A stretch of 63,639 nt of DNA, filler included, from Welwitschia mirabilis (lineage: Eukaryota), in NCBI GenBank assembly GCA_051453625.1. It is 4 parts of one record of this genome, joined end to end, with 100 filler letters (N's around TTAATTAATTAA, not from the genome) between each part and the next. Parts side by side here need not be neighbours in the genome. Positions count along the whole stretch, not along the records: positions 1 to 21,594 come from JBOZIK010000001.1; 3 more parts are not named here. One strand, written 5' to 3'. Each line of letters opens with the position of its first letter. Position 1 is the first letter of the stretch. The notes below the pieces were generated by a model. The model did not search any database. It saw nothing but the letters and a program-made list of their open reading frames with translations, and was not told the DNA's origin. Below are positions 1-13,185 of this stretch, piece by piece. Position numbers and translations under genes: made by a program.

Positions 1-1480
1 TATCCAAAGCTCAAACAAATTACATAACTACTAAGAGATATATGTTAGCCATAATATTTTACCTAAATAATCTTAGACATTATCTTCTAGGATTTTACAT
101 AAATATCTATACAAATCATGCAATGATTAAATACTTGATGATCAATAAATATTATAGCATTAGATTGATTAGATGGGCCCTCCTAATCCAATAATTTAAC
201 ATTATTATCATAGATAAGATAATAAAACACAACAACATAGCAGATCACTTATCATGCCTTTCTTATTCTTTTAGTAATTTTTCTATTAATCATATTATCA
301 ATTATCTTATTAAAAACACAACAAAATTAAAGTCATAATCAAAGAAAAACTTTTCTTCATACGATAGCTGACTACGGGTGAATCCCCATATTTATTGTAG
401 GTGTAAGAATTAAATTATGAGAAAACATATTCATCATGGTAATGTTTATGATGGATATTTTAGCAGTTAGAAAATAGTCATGAAAATTCTTCACTATAGA
501 TTTTAATAGCCTAGTCCTTTTTAAGACTCTTTCAATTATGTTAGAAGGTGTAATGCATATTAATGTTATGATAGCATTTTATAATCACAGGGAATTCCTC
601 TTAAACTTTTTCTTAAGTGTGAATCTTTTGATTATTAGGAAATTAATTTTATAGGCCCAATTAGACCACCTTCTAAAGATAAAAAATTATATTTTAGTAG
701 CTATAAATTACGTGACTAAATGGGTTGAAGCAACTTCTACTTCTTCAAATGATGTCTGAACCATTTGTAACTTTGCTAAAACTCAAATTTTTCAATGTTT
801 TGGATTTCCTTGAATAATCATTAATGATCAAGGAACTTATTTAATCAATCATCTTTTTAGAAAACTTCTTTTATCCATTGGAATAAAACTTGGAGTAGCT
901 TATGCTTATCATCCTTAAACTAATGGACAAGCTAAAAGTGCTAATAGAGAAATTAAAAAAATGCTTTAAAATTTTTTTTATACTAATAAGAAACCATGGG
1001 CTTTTAAACTGAATGATGTTTTTTGGGATTTCCATATCACTTAGAGTAATTCAATTTGTTTTTCACCTTATAAACTTATATACGGTAAAGTTGTGTTTTA
1101 CTTATTGATGTCTATTATAATTCCTTTCGTTCTACATATCAAATTAATCTTGTAAATTTAGAAGAAAATATTAAAACTAATTTAGCTTAATTAGATCATT
1201 TAGATGAAAAATGAACTCATACTATTTATTGTCAACTTATTAAAAAAGCCCAAAATAAGTTCAAACATGATAAAAGTTAATTCATAAGAACTTTGAACTT
1301 AGTTAAGTAGTTTTGTTATACAACATTAGAGTACATCTTCTACATAGCAAGTTAACCTCAAAAATGTTAGGTCCTTACCTTATTAAAAAAGTACATTATA
1401 ATAGCTCTATTGAGATTTATAACTTAACCACTAAAGATATTTATAAAGTTAATAGACATAGGTTAAAAATATATGAGTAA
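1..1480 (+). pseudogene. pol: Degenerate Athila-like Ty3/gypsy pol (RNase H + integrase), 5'-truncated by the window edge
   Basis: Manual translation with stops and frameshifts. RNase H: AQTNYITT..MLAIIF, LRHYLLG..IYTNHAMIKYL, RLIRWALLIQ*F...NIADHLS. Integrase: ILVAINYVTKWVEA (~690-732), FGFP*IIINDQGT, AYHP*TNGQAKSANREIKK, and C-terminal KVNRHRLKIY (~1445-1475). Confidence 0.9.
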
Positions 1481-1914
1481 CCTTCTAATGTAAACATAAT
1501 AAAAGCACTAGTCTTAAAGATTCCCCTTGATGAGGAGAACTTCTTATCTATCATTGTCTGAATTTTTGCTTACCTTATTGCTTTGGAGGCCATTATGATG
1601 TTACTTAATCATCTTTCAAACATGACTTGTGTCTTTATTTTATTTTCATAACTGGTCTTTGTACTTGGACATTTTATAGTGACAAGATTGGATTCACCTA
1701 ACTTTAAGACATTCACACATCTATGAACTTCATTTTGAAGAAAGATGCTTTATTTCTTATGTTTTTCTTAATGAAAAAATATCTTTTGTTGTTTATAGAT
1801 GTTCTTCTCTGTCTTTCATCTTACTACTTCGCCTTCATATTTTGAAGTGTTTGATCATGTAGAATTTATTTTTTATTCATATATTTTAAAAAAATTAAAA
1901 AAAAAAGAAAATAA

Positions 1915-1938
1915 AGAGATAAAGAGAGATAGAGATAG

Positions 1939-2025
<87 letters not shown>
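1915..2025. repeat. (AGAT)n/(AG)n microsatellite running into an assembly gap
   Basis: Directly visible; followed by N run 2026-2306. Confidence 0.95.
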
Positions 2026-3297
2026 NNNNNNNNNNNNNNNNNNNNNNNNNNNNNNNNNNNNNNNNNNNNNNNNNNNNNNNNNNNNNNNNNNNNNNNNNNN
2101 NNNNNNNNNNNNNNNNNNNNNNNNNNNNNNNNNNNNNNNNNNNNNNNNNNNNNNNNNNNNNNNNNNNNNNNNNNNNNNNNNNNNNNNNNNNNNNNNNNNN
2201 NNNNNNNNNNNNNNNNNNNNNNNNNNNNNNNNNNNNNNNNNNNNNNNNNNNNNNNNNNNNNNNNNNNNNNNNNNNNNNNNNNNNNNNNNNNNNNNNNNNN
2301 NNNNNNTCTAAGGATTTTAATGTTTATTCTGAGATGTAAGTAAGTAAGTTCATTTTTGAGCAACTTTTTGATCTTATCACTAATTGTTTAGAGCATTTGA
2401 TTTTTAGCATCATCATAACTACTTCTTTATCAAATGGAAATTTATAGAATTATACATTTAGTCATGCATTTTAAATCAAGTGATGTTATGATTTCTTTCA
2501 CACGAATCTGCTAAGTTAGAATTTGGGGTAGGTAGGATATCTTCTTTATGTTCCTTGTGTCTATTTTTCATTCTATTTTCTTTTCTTGTTTAGTTTGTTA
2601 TTTCAAAGTCATTTCTATATTTGTTTTATTATTTTAAGATCTTAACATTTAGTAGTTTCCTTGATTCTGATTTCTTGATTAGATGAGTTTCTTTGCAATT
2701 TTTGTAATATTCATTTTTAGTCTTTTAGAGTCCTACACATTGTTAATAATCATTTTTATCGAGTCACATTTGTTGGGCACTCATGAGTCTACTTCATTCC
2801 ACTTAGTACATTTTCATTATTTACTCTTTCCATATTTGTTAGAATCTTCCATAAATCTTTATTTTTTAAATCTAACTTTTCTATACGAAGCTCTACACTT
2901 AATTTATCAACTGTCAAAATTTGATTTTTGTAAAAATTTGAAAAACATCCATCATACACCTTATCATCTGGACATATTAATTTTTGTATGATTTCTTTGC
3001 TCTATAAGCTAATACAGGACATATTATTTTTCTTAGATGAGGGAAAGACTTATTTTTATAATTTTTACATAAATTTATAGGGTTATTTTAGAGTTGCCAT
3101 GAGACATAATTTTTTTAATTTTTACTTGATATACATAATGCACTACATTTTATTCTGCTCTATAATATGTTTGAAATTAATTATGAGCTTGTTTTATAAT
3201 TTTTAAATTGATTTTTCTTGTGTTTAAAATAATTTATTTTTCAATCATAGTTTTTTACTTAGTTTTGTCAGGGACTAACAAGGCTAGTGGATGGCTA

Positions 3298-4560
3298 TGA
3301 TGCACTCCCAAATTATGTGTATTTGATGGAATATTATGAGTTATTTTATAAGATATTTATACAAGTTTAGATACAATTCTGATGCTTATGGAGAGTCAAT
3401 TGAATGATAACAAAAACACATAATTCTAGGCATATTTAGAGAAATTGTAGGCATGTTCTGATACTTAGTGCTTTGCAAGAAGATTAATGATGCAAAAGGC
3501 TAACTTCTCTTAAGTTGAAAAGATAAGAAAGATTATTATCCCCATTATCATCCGCACAATAGGTAGGATGATAACACTTTAGCAACTATTTGGAATGCTA
3601 ATATAGACTAGAGCTAGAAGCAGATGAGTACTATTTTTTAAAGAGGTGTCACTGCAAGTGTTATCCTTATGACAGACAAGATGATAACTGATGAATCATC
3701 TATCATTGTCCTTACTATTGTCCCCATGATAGTTAGGATGACATAAAATAACTGACTGACTTTCATATATTTCATCCATTTCTTTTTTAGGATTAAGCAT
3801 GTTTTCTAGCACATCTATGATACCTTGAGTGATGGTTATATTTTCCTTATTATATAAATATACCTCTACTTCGATCCTTCTATCATCTTTAATGCATCAA
3901 AAAATCTCATGATAAGAGATCAAAGGGCAAGAGATCCATCTTGACTAGTTGCAGAGAGACATCTCCTTATTGTTAGGCTATGCATCCTCCATTAAGGCAT
4001 GGCTACTTTGTAACTTAAATGCTATTTTGATTAGTATACACTCTATTTCTCTTTCATTTCTTTAATACTTTACATAACCATTATGGCTCATATTGTTCTT
4101 GATTCAGTTATAGTTTCACTTATGATATAAGTCTCAAGAGCAAACTTTATTAAGGTTAACAATATTAGTTTAGATGCATTTTTTGATTAACTTGTATTAC
4201 ATTCTATTTGACTTATTTGATAGCTTACGTTAGTCTTGATTAGTAATTGTTTTCCTAGCTAATTTAGGTTATGTAGTGTTAATATTCCTAACAAAGCAAT
4301 TTGGTAATTAGATAGGTGTTCATCTAGATAAAGTTACATTTGCATTACATTATGTGTTTATTTTCTTGCATCATTGCAGTAAGTTTAATTAGATACAATA
4401 TTTCTTTGGAAATATATTCTCCTTATTCTCTTGCATGCCTTCAACAGGTTTATGAAATTTAGGTTACTCTAATTTATACTAGTATGTTGTATTTGCAATA
4501 TATTTATTTGTGATTAATAAGATTTGATAATGGATAGAATATTATAAAATTATGCACTGT
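3298..4560 (+). mobile_element. Probable 3' LTR of the Athila-like element (right end uncertain)
   Basis: Starts TGATGCAC right after gggactaacaaggctagtggatggcta, a decayed form of the Athila pre-LTR/PPT motif; TATA-like tatataaata at ~3851. Confidence 0.5.
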
Positions 4561-4757
4561 AACATATCTTATGATAATATTTTTTATTTTGATCCCATAC
4601 TTTATCTCCAAAGAATCCTTTATTTTCTACCTCAAAAGCACACATTCTTTTCATTATTCTACCCATGATCCATTTTTTGGTGATTTCACTTCTTTTTATT
4701 ACCATCAAGAGTTGGATTACATGTTACTTATTGCAATAGTAAGGGATGAAGATAAGG

Positions 4758-4921
4758 TTGAACCTCAAAATATTACTTAAGATCTAATGCATCGAAATTG
4801 GATACATGCATTGCTTCATGAGTTAAATAAAATTATAAAAAATAACACATGGAAATTAGTAATGTATCCTTATAATAAGCCTATAATTGGTTTAGAATAG
4901 GCATTTCATATTAAACATGAT
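4758..4921 (+). pseudogene. Ty1/copia RT N-terminal fragment
   Basis: EPQNIT*DL..NWIHALLHELNKIIKNNTWKLV..PYNKPIIGLE*AFHIK matches the copia EP...W..AM..E......N.TW.LV.......KW.F motif; cut off by a TGATAAC LTR start. Confidence 0.75.
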
Positions 4922-6460
4922 TGATAACACATAAAAATTAAGAATTATATTAAGGAATTAAGGCCTTGTTAGTAAGTTTAATTAATCATCATAGTAGGTT
5001 TATGAATTTCTTATACTTAAGACCATAAAAATCCTATTTTACTAATTAACCTTAATACTATTATTTTTAAGGATAAATATATCATTAGGAGTATTGTGAT
5101 AGGAGATGGAGTTGTGTTGATTATAATTAGTGGTAGTGTCAGTCTTAGGCATGACAACACTAGTTACTTTAAGTAAAATAATACCATTCACATGCTTATA
5201 AGTTCTCTTAATGTAATCAATTCTTTTTAACCATTTCCACTAAAAAAAGATGAATGAAGAATATTTTCTAAGAAGAACCCCTTAGTTTAATCCAATTACT
5301 AAAGAATAACTTTATGTAATTTTATGATTATTTAGAATAAATCCATTATAACTTTGAAATCCTAATTGTAAATCCTAATTCTAGCATATAAATATCTTAT
5401 CCTTCTTTACTTAGAGTACAACACTTCATAGCAAATCATTATTAGAGAAATTAAAGATTTAGTCATGAGTTCCTTCTAAGCATTCCATAGGAATGGTTAG
5501 CTACTTAGCTAGCATGAAACTTTTTGGTTTAACATGTGTACATTTTTAGATTGCATGCTTTACCTTTTTTGATAATAAAGTGCTATATGTTATTAGCATA
5601 TTATATCAAGTTGTGAATGTCATACTTGTTATGCTTAATATTGGTTGAGATATGCTTTTCCTTTAAGATCTACTTTGGGGGTTTTCTTTTTCATTATAGA
5701 TTACATAACCTGAATGTTTATTTGATGGATCTTGGAAGACCCCTTGTTTTCATGCTTATTTTATTCTTATTATGAAGGCTAGGTAACTTGGTTATAAAGT
5801 CATTATCTTTATGATGAATGAATTTATGACATTATACTTAGGCTTAGACTACATAAGCACTCATGTTTATGATGGGTTATATCATTATGTATGAGTTGGA
5901 AGTAAAGCTACATATTTTTACTTTAAGTACTTATGCTTTTTATTAAACCTAGTATGTCAGTTTTAATTATATTTTATATTCCTAAATTTGAATTCTATGT
6001 TTCATTTCTAGATGTCTAATATCATTTCAGCCCGTTTTACTCACTATTTATTATGCTTGCTTTACTAATAGCTTTCATAATCTATCTCTATGGAAGAATG
6101 ATACTAGATCTATCCTATAAACAAAAATCCTAGTATTATTGGTAAAAGTTGGGTTTTGTCATGTAAGATTTGTGTTCCTAAGTGATATTACTATTTACTA
6201 TACATTAGTGAGAAATACAAGTGTAGATAAATTTCACTACAAATAGCTTTTTGGCATTGTTGCCAAGGATAGTAAAGTAGTAGCAATGGGAGGGAACACA
6301 AAGAATTTATCTTTTTATATCCTTTTTAGTTCTTAGTTTTTTATTTATTTTTATTTTCTATTTGTTCCTTTCCAGTTCCTTTTTCTTTTTCTTTTGTATC
6401 ATGAGTGGATTGGTGTTACTCATGCCTAATACTTGATCAACAAAACCTGATCTAGTGATT
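4922..6460 (+). mobile_element. Athila-like 5' LTR (~4922-6241), PBS and start of gag
   Basis: TGATAACACATAAAA start; PBS-like tggcattgttgccaagga at 6252-6269 (decayed TGGCGCCGTTGCCGGGGA); gag-like start MPNT*STKPDLV at ~6422. Confidence 0.65.
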
Positions 6461-7399
6461 TCTTTCTCTTTCTTTTTCTTTTTTATTCTAGTTTTTCCTT
6501 TCTTTTTTTAGTATTTGCATCTTTTCTTTTTTTTTTTTTTTTGCAAATATTAATCTAGATAGTGTATCAAAGTTTCTTGTAGGAATTACTCTATTATAGG
6601 TTTTGAAGAAAAGATAATATGAAAATAGTAAAAAAATTCTCATTTTTCTATCCATTTTATTTCTCTACTATCTATTCTCTCTTCTATTTACTTCTCTATC
6701 TCAAGTGATTTTCTTAGTAGGTACTTGAAGAAGAAGTTTGACATAAGAACTTCAACAACATAAATCTCAGGGAAGTGCTTTAGTACTTGTAGTTTTATCT
6801 TTATAATTTTATCTTTTTACATTACATTACATTTTATTTGTTATTACATTAGTCCTTCCCTAAACCTTTATTAAGTATTTTTTCATTAGTTAATCAAACC
6901 AACCTTAAATCTTAGACTATTAATTTTTTTGTTTTTGAAACACTTATTAACATTTTTCTGAAATAATTTTACACCATTTTATTAGCACCACCATCTTTCC
7001 TTAGTAGTACAATTGATTTTTTGTATTAAACTATCTTCATCTTTTGTGAAATTCACATTTACAACATCTTGAACCTCTTCACTTATCATTTGGAGAAATT
7101 TACTTTATCCATTTCTTGGTAACTCAGTTCCCTTATGAAAATTTCTTAGAATATAAGATTAAAATGAAACTAAACTACTAATGCCTTCTTTTTAAATTAT
7201 GATGCATCTTCAAATGTCAATAATGCCCTAGTGTTTCTTAGAATGTTCTCTACACTGCTATTGCAACATTCAAATCCATTCTTCTTAATCTCATCTATGC
7301 ACTCTTCTTACCTTTGCATCCACATCTCTTATTTTCATCTTATTTGTTTACTTTATTCACCATTTTATTATCAAAATTAATGGAAGTATTATTAAGAAT

Positions 7400-8640
7400 A
7401 ATAATTAAAAATGATAAGAATTAGAATTCTTCAAACTAGTTAAACCATATAATGACATAGATTCACTAAAAATGTAGTGCCTAGTATATGTGATATTTTA
7501 GTGATATTAATTTTAAAAAAAGTTCTAACAAATTTAACATTGATCATTTTTATTAAATTACAATGCTATAAGAGCTAGAAAAGATGTACTTTTTGTTTTA
7601 GCTAATTTTACATTTATATAAATCAATAATTATTTAGAAACATTTTAATTTAAAAGATACAAATTGATTCTAAAGCTATAATGTTTTATTTTTTTAAGCT
7701 TTGGTAAAATAATAAGTGATTTTAAACTAGATGAAGTAAATATAAAATTATAATATGATAAAAAGAATATAGATGACATAATCCCTAATGAATTTTTAAA
7801 ATGAGTATATTATTAGTTTAAATAAACTATTAATGTATTAAATATTTCTTATTTTATAAAGGGATTACTGAGTTATTTCAAGCATAAATCATGGCTTATG
7901 TGAAGAGAACATCGCCTTCATAGTAGAAACCATATTTTTCATCATGCATTCATCAAAAAGAAATATATTTTATTCATTTTATTCAGTTATAAAGATATTA
8001 ATATTCATTGGTAAAACTTAAAATACTAGATAGATCTCAATAAGAAGGAATCATTTTAGCATGGAATCATGATATAATACCTTGCAATTTTGTTTAAATG
8101 AATAAACTAGATGAATGCTATGAAGAATATAGAGCATGAACCAAGATTTAAATTTTTCTTGTTTTAAGAAATATAGTTTTAAATAATGTCATATAGAAAT
8201 TTTTTTCTTTATTCAAGGATCTAGTAAGATATTAACTCATTAATATGCAAACTTTTAGAAAAAAGGAAAGATAAAAAAGATGTAAATCAAGTAGAGTATC
8301 ATAAAGCATGCTTCATCACCTCATAAAGAGCATGTTATTTTATTCGATGGTGGATCAAAACCAATTAACCTATTTTGATGATATAATATATCAAAATAAT
8401 CACTCTTTAATCTATATACAAAGGAAAGCATCATATATAAATAGTAAAGACATCCATAAAATGGTGAGAAATATAACATAGATTTTAACTACATTTAACA
8501 ATGTTACTCACCATTATGCTTAATCAAAGGTTTCGAAATTCATGATAAAACTTAAAATTAGTATGCAATGTTTATAGATAAAATAAAATGTGTATATTAT
8601 ATATGTGAGTAAGTTAATGATATTATTTCTAATCTAGTTT
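7400..8640 (+). pseudogene. Highly degenerate RT-like plus RNase HI-like region of uncertain lineage
   Basis: VVPSICDIL, SNKFNIDHFY*ITM (7524-7565; cf. FSKxDLxxxFxQI), HFNLKDTN*F* (7641-7673; cf. PFGLKNAPxxFQ), HVILFDGGS (8331-8357). No YxDD motif seen. Confidence 0.4.
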
Positions 8641-10768
8641 TCCAAGTATTTACAAAAAATATCTTGATTTATACCAAACTAATGGAACATTATGTAGAAA
8701 ATGGAGATAAAGATGTGATATAATATTTAATAAATTTTTTGATTAATAAACCTAACAAACATGAATTAATTAAGAGTGAAACAATTTTGAAAATTCTTAT
8801 TATTAAGAAAGCTAGGAAAGTTTGTACTATGATATGGACTTAAAATGATAAAAATAGAGATAGCTACCAAGGCAAAAATTGCAAGAGATAGATACAATAA
8901 TTTTACAATGAATAAATAAAAACTTTTGAGAAGTTGGAAAAAAGACCAAAATGTACATAAACAATAAAAGGAATAGTTAGTAAAGGTAAAGGTTGAAAAT
9001 AAAGCATTGCAAATGTGTTTTCATAAAGAATAGTCTTGGGTTTCTTAACTTGAAGGGAAGAAATTAGGAATTTTGAAGAACAAATAAGAAAATAAAATAT
9101 TTTAAGTAATTAGAAAACATTATTAACAAATTAAAGAAGAAAATGGAAGAGCTTCATTAGAGATCAAATCAAATCCTTAAATAATCAATATCTCTAAAAC
9201 CATAATGATAAAAGTAACTTAATGAGTCAAAATAAGCCATCAAAGAAGCTATTAAAGAAGCCCAAAATAAAGAAAATACTAAAGATAAAGTCAAGATATT
9301 TTTCAAATATTATATGTAAATTTATAATATCAACAAATCATAATTTTACATCATAAATATTCCTCATTTTTTGGTAAAGTAATAAAAGTAATAAAGTTAT
9401 TTGTATCATGTTTAATAAATTCATTCAAGAGATGAAATAATCCTCAAGTATAAAAATACTTAAAAATACATAATTTATTTTCTAAAATAAAATTATACTA
9501 ATTGCTAAAGAAATAATTTTATAGTTAAAATGAAACAAATTTGAGCTAAAGTATTGAGATTAAATAAGGTACAAATGACTAATCATTAAATAAAAACCTT
9601 ACAAAATAAGGTACTTAAAAAAATAAAAATGATAAATTTTTTAAATGTTATTATTCTATTAATTCATAGAAATAAAAATTAAAGATGAAATAGTTTTAAG
9701 AGTGATGAATATAATGAAAAATAACAAGTTAGAAAAAAAAAATAAAACCTATTCAAGATGAATCCAAAAGTTCCAAAAACTTAATAATTTTTAACTTAAT
9801 TAATAAGATATGAAATATGTTTTCTTTTATAGACAAAATAGACAATCCTTTTTTCTTAGTAAAACATAACATAGATGAAGAACAATCATTAAATATATTA
9901 TAAGAAGTAAAAGAAACATTTTAAACTCAAACAAAATATGATGAAGCACTTAATCTATAACTTAGTATTCTCTATAGTATTTCCATTATTAGCAAATTAT
10001 TTTTGATCTATTACTAGATTTGATTTACCTTTTTATCTTTGATTTAATTAAGATCACTTGTTATGCAATACTGCATTCTAAATGTTTTTTACTATTTCTT
10101 TCTTAGATTTATTCATTCAATGCTTTGTAGAATTTAGATGATTGATATACTAGTTTATGATTAGTTTTCATGCTATCTTAGCCTTTTTTTGACATTTCAT
10201 TATAAGATGTAACATTTTCATTATTTATGCTTTCATTAAATTTAAAAGTTTCAATGAAGAACTTATTGCTAATTTATGACTTTAAGTTATATAAGTAAAC
10301 TATTTTTTAATTGGGTAAAGTTTGCATGATAGATTGCCTTATGAATAGTTATTTCTAATTATTAAGAGAAGATATTTAATCAAGTGAAATTAGTATTTAT
10401 TTATTTTTTAGATTCTATTTATACTCAAACCTATCTTTAAAACCTTAATTAGTTCTTATAATCTTTGAAGTACCTTTGTAACACCTACTAAAGAATAATA
10501 TAGAAGATTAATTATACTATAATAGAATGCCATAATTTCTTATTTAAAAGTATTTCCTATATGTTAATAGCTAGGAAAAATATTTCATATATTCAAATCT
10601 ATTACAAAAGAAGTGTTGTAAGAAATAAGTTGGGATTCCTATAAATTTGTCTTGATATAGGTGAGATTAGTATAAATTATGATTGACACATGTTAAACCT
10701 AGTAGAGGTTATGTTTGATATATATTCTACTTGATACAATTATAGGATTAGTAAAATTAAGAACTTAC

Positions 10769-10860
10769 TATTCGAAAATAGAAGAGAAATAATACATGAG
10801 CAATATTTCTCAAAATCAAATTTTATTTCTTTAAAAAATAATTCTCCATCCTTATTACAT
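10769..10860 (-). mobile_element. LTR end fragment of the same family as 25806-26133
   Basis: aaatagaagag...tctcaaaatcaaatttt...aaaaataattct...ttattacat is shared with 25813-25896; runs into a gap. Confidence 0.65.
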
Positions 10861-11526
10861 NNNNNNNNNNNNNNNNNNNNNNNNNNNNNNNNNNNNNNNN
10901 NNNNNNNNNNNNNNNNNNNNNNNNNNNNNNNNNNNNNNNNNNNNNNNNNNNNNNNNNNNNNNNNNNNNNNNNNNNNNNNNNNNNNNNNNNNNNNNNNNNN
11001 NNNNNNNNNNNNNNNNNNNNNNNNNNNNNNNNNNNNNNNNNNNNNNNNNNNNNNNNNNNNNNNNNNNNNNNNNNNNNNNNNNNNNNNNNNNNNNNNNNNN
11101 NNNNNNNNNNNNNNNNNNNNNNNNNNNNNNNNNNNNNNNNNNNNNNNNNNNNNNNNNNNNNNNNNNNNNNNNNNNNNNNNNNNNNNNNNNNNNNNNNNNN
11201 NNNNNNNNNNNNNNNNNNNNNNNNNNNNNNNNNNNNNNNNNNNNNNNNNNNNNNNNNNNNNNNNNNNNNNNNNNNNNNNNNNNNNNNNNNNNNNNNNNNN
11301 NNNNNNNNNNNNNNNNNNNNNNNNNNNNNNNNNNNNNNNNNNNNNNNNNNNNNNNNNNNNNNNNNNNNNNNNNNNNNNNNNNNNNNNNNNNNNNNNNNNN
11401 NNNNNNNNNNNNNNNNNNNNNNNNNNNNNNNNNNNNNNNNNNNNNNNNNNNNNNNNNNNNNNNNNNNNNNNNNNNNNNNNNNNNNNNNNNNNNNNNNNNN
11501 NNNNNNNNNNNNNNNNNNNNNNNNNN

Positions 11527-13185
11527 AACCTTAGAAATATAGCCTATAATAAAACCTCCTTAAAGAGTCATTATGTGAGGAAAATACTTCATTAAAAAAC
11601 TAGTGAATTTATTACTAAACATTCCATAGGAGATAGGACTTATTAAGTGCATTATACATTTTCTAATACTAGGTCAAAGCATGTACTACACATCTTGTAG
11701 TACTAGGCCATAGAGTACTACAAATCTTGTAGTACTAGGATCAAGAATGACTTTAATTAAGGACTCAAAAATTAAATAAAGCCCATAATATATAAGAAAA
11801 AAATGAGTTTGAATCAACTCATTATCAATCTAATTTTGAAGTAAAAATACTAGAACTTTTTTTAAACAAGTGATTTAGTAAGGATATTGGCCATTTTCTC
11901 TATGGTTGAATAGTACACTAATATAATGGCTTTATGTTCTGAGTTCCCTAATTTTGTGGATACTAACATGAAAGTATTTTATGATGCATTGGATCTTTTT
12001 CTATGTAAATTACTAAGTGATTATTAAAAAATATCATTATTGCTTTAGTTTTCTTTTAGTTTACTACTTTTAAAAATTTTCTTATCCATTCCACTTTTCT
12101 ACATGATTTAGAAGAAGCTGTATATTTTGCCTTAGTAGAAGATTAAGCTATAGTTTTTTGATGCTTTAAGTACTAAGATAGAGATGATATTCCAAAGAAT
12201 ATGATATACCTTAAAGTTAATAATGAGGTAATATTTTATCTAATGAAATTGAAATTTGAGTATGCCTTTAAGATGAATTAAGAGTTTTCTTTATAATTTA
12301 GATCTAAATCTCTACCCATTTTTAGATATTTGAGTACTCTCTGTACAGCATTAAGATGAGTGACCTTAGGTAGATGAAGATATCTTAATAATACATCAAT
12401 AATATATGGTATGTTAGGCATAGTACTAGATATGTAAATCAAACCTTCTACTATTCTTCTATATTCAGTGTTATTTATAGGAACTATGGTGTCATCAGTA
12501 GATAAATTAACATTATTTTCTAAAGGTACTATAGGTTACTTTACATCTTCTAATCTAAAATTTTGGTTAAAATGTTAATGTACTTATTTTACATCAATAA
12601 TATTCCATCCTTTTATTGAATAATTTCTACACCTAGGTAGAATGTGGACAACTAGAGATTAAAAATTTTAAATGTCTTACTTAAGATAATTTTTGTTCTT
12701 TTACATTTTCATCATCACTTCTTGTTATTAATTTATAATCTACATATATCACTATGTATATAGATTTGTGCCTATTAGATAATTACATAATCTAAATCTA
12801 ATGAAACTTAAATAATTTACAAGCTTAGTGTACCAAGCTCTTGGTGCTTGTTTTAGTGTATATAGAGACTTGATAAGTCTACATACCTTATGTTATTTGT
12901 TTTTTTCTTCAAACCCTTTCATTCAATCATGTATATCTATTCTTTTAAGTCTCTATGGAGAAAGGTAGTTTTTATATTTAATTGATGAAGTTTTCATCCT
13001 TTCTGTGCTACTAAAGTAATTACTATTCTGATGATAACCCACTTGGCTATTGAAGTAAAGATTTCATTATAGTTAAGTCCTTTCTTCTTTTGTAGGCCTA
13101 TAGTAGTAATTTGAGCTTTCTGTCACTTAACAGTATTATCTACATTATATTTATTACAAAAAATCCATTTGTTAGATAATACTAT
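11527..13185 (-). mobile_element. Ty1/copia 3' part: RT-RNase H (~11830-13185) plus a 3' LTR remnant
   Basis: Minus strand reads SNKWIF, LHQLNIKTTFLH, LY.LKQAPRAWY, IVIYVDY, and RNase H end YSTIEKMANILTKS; interrupted at 13186 by a Tekay LTR. Confidence 0.85.

Noticed and set aside
1866..2363. 165-aa ORF with an LSLSLS tract
   Set aside because: Artefact of the (AG)n microsatellite plus an N gap.
7955..8070. Viroplasmin / RNase H1 N-terminal-like motif
   Set aside because: Resemblance needs frameshifts and rests on too few residues.
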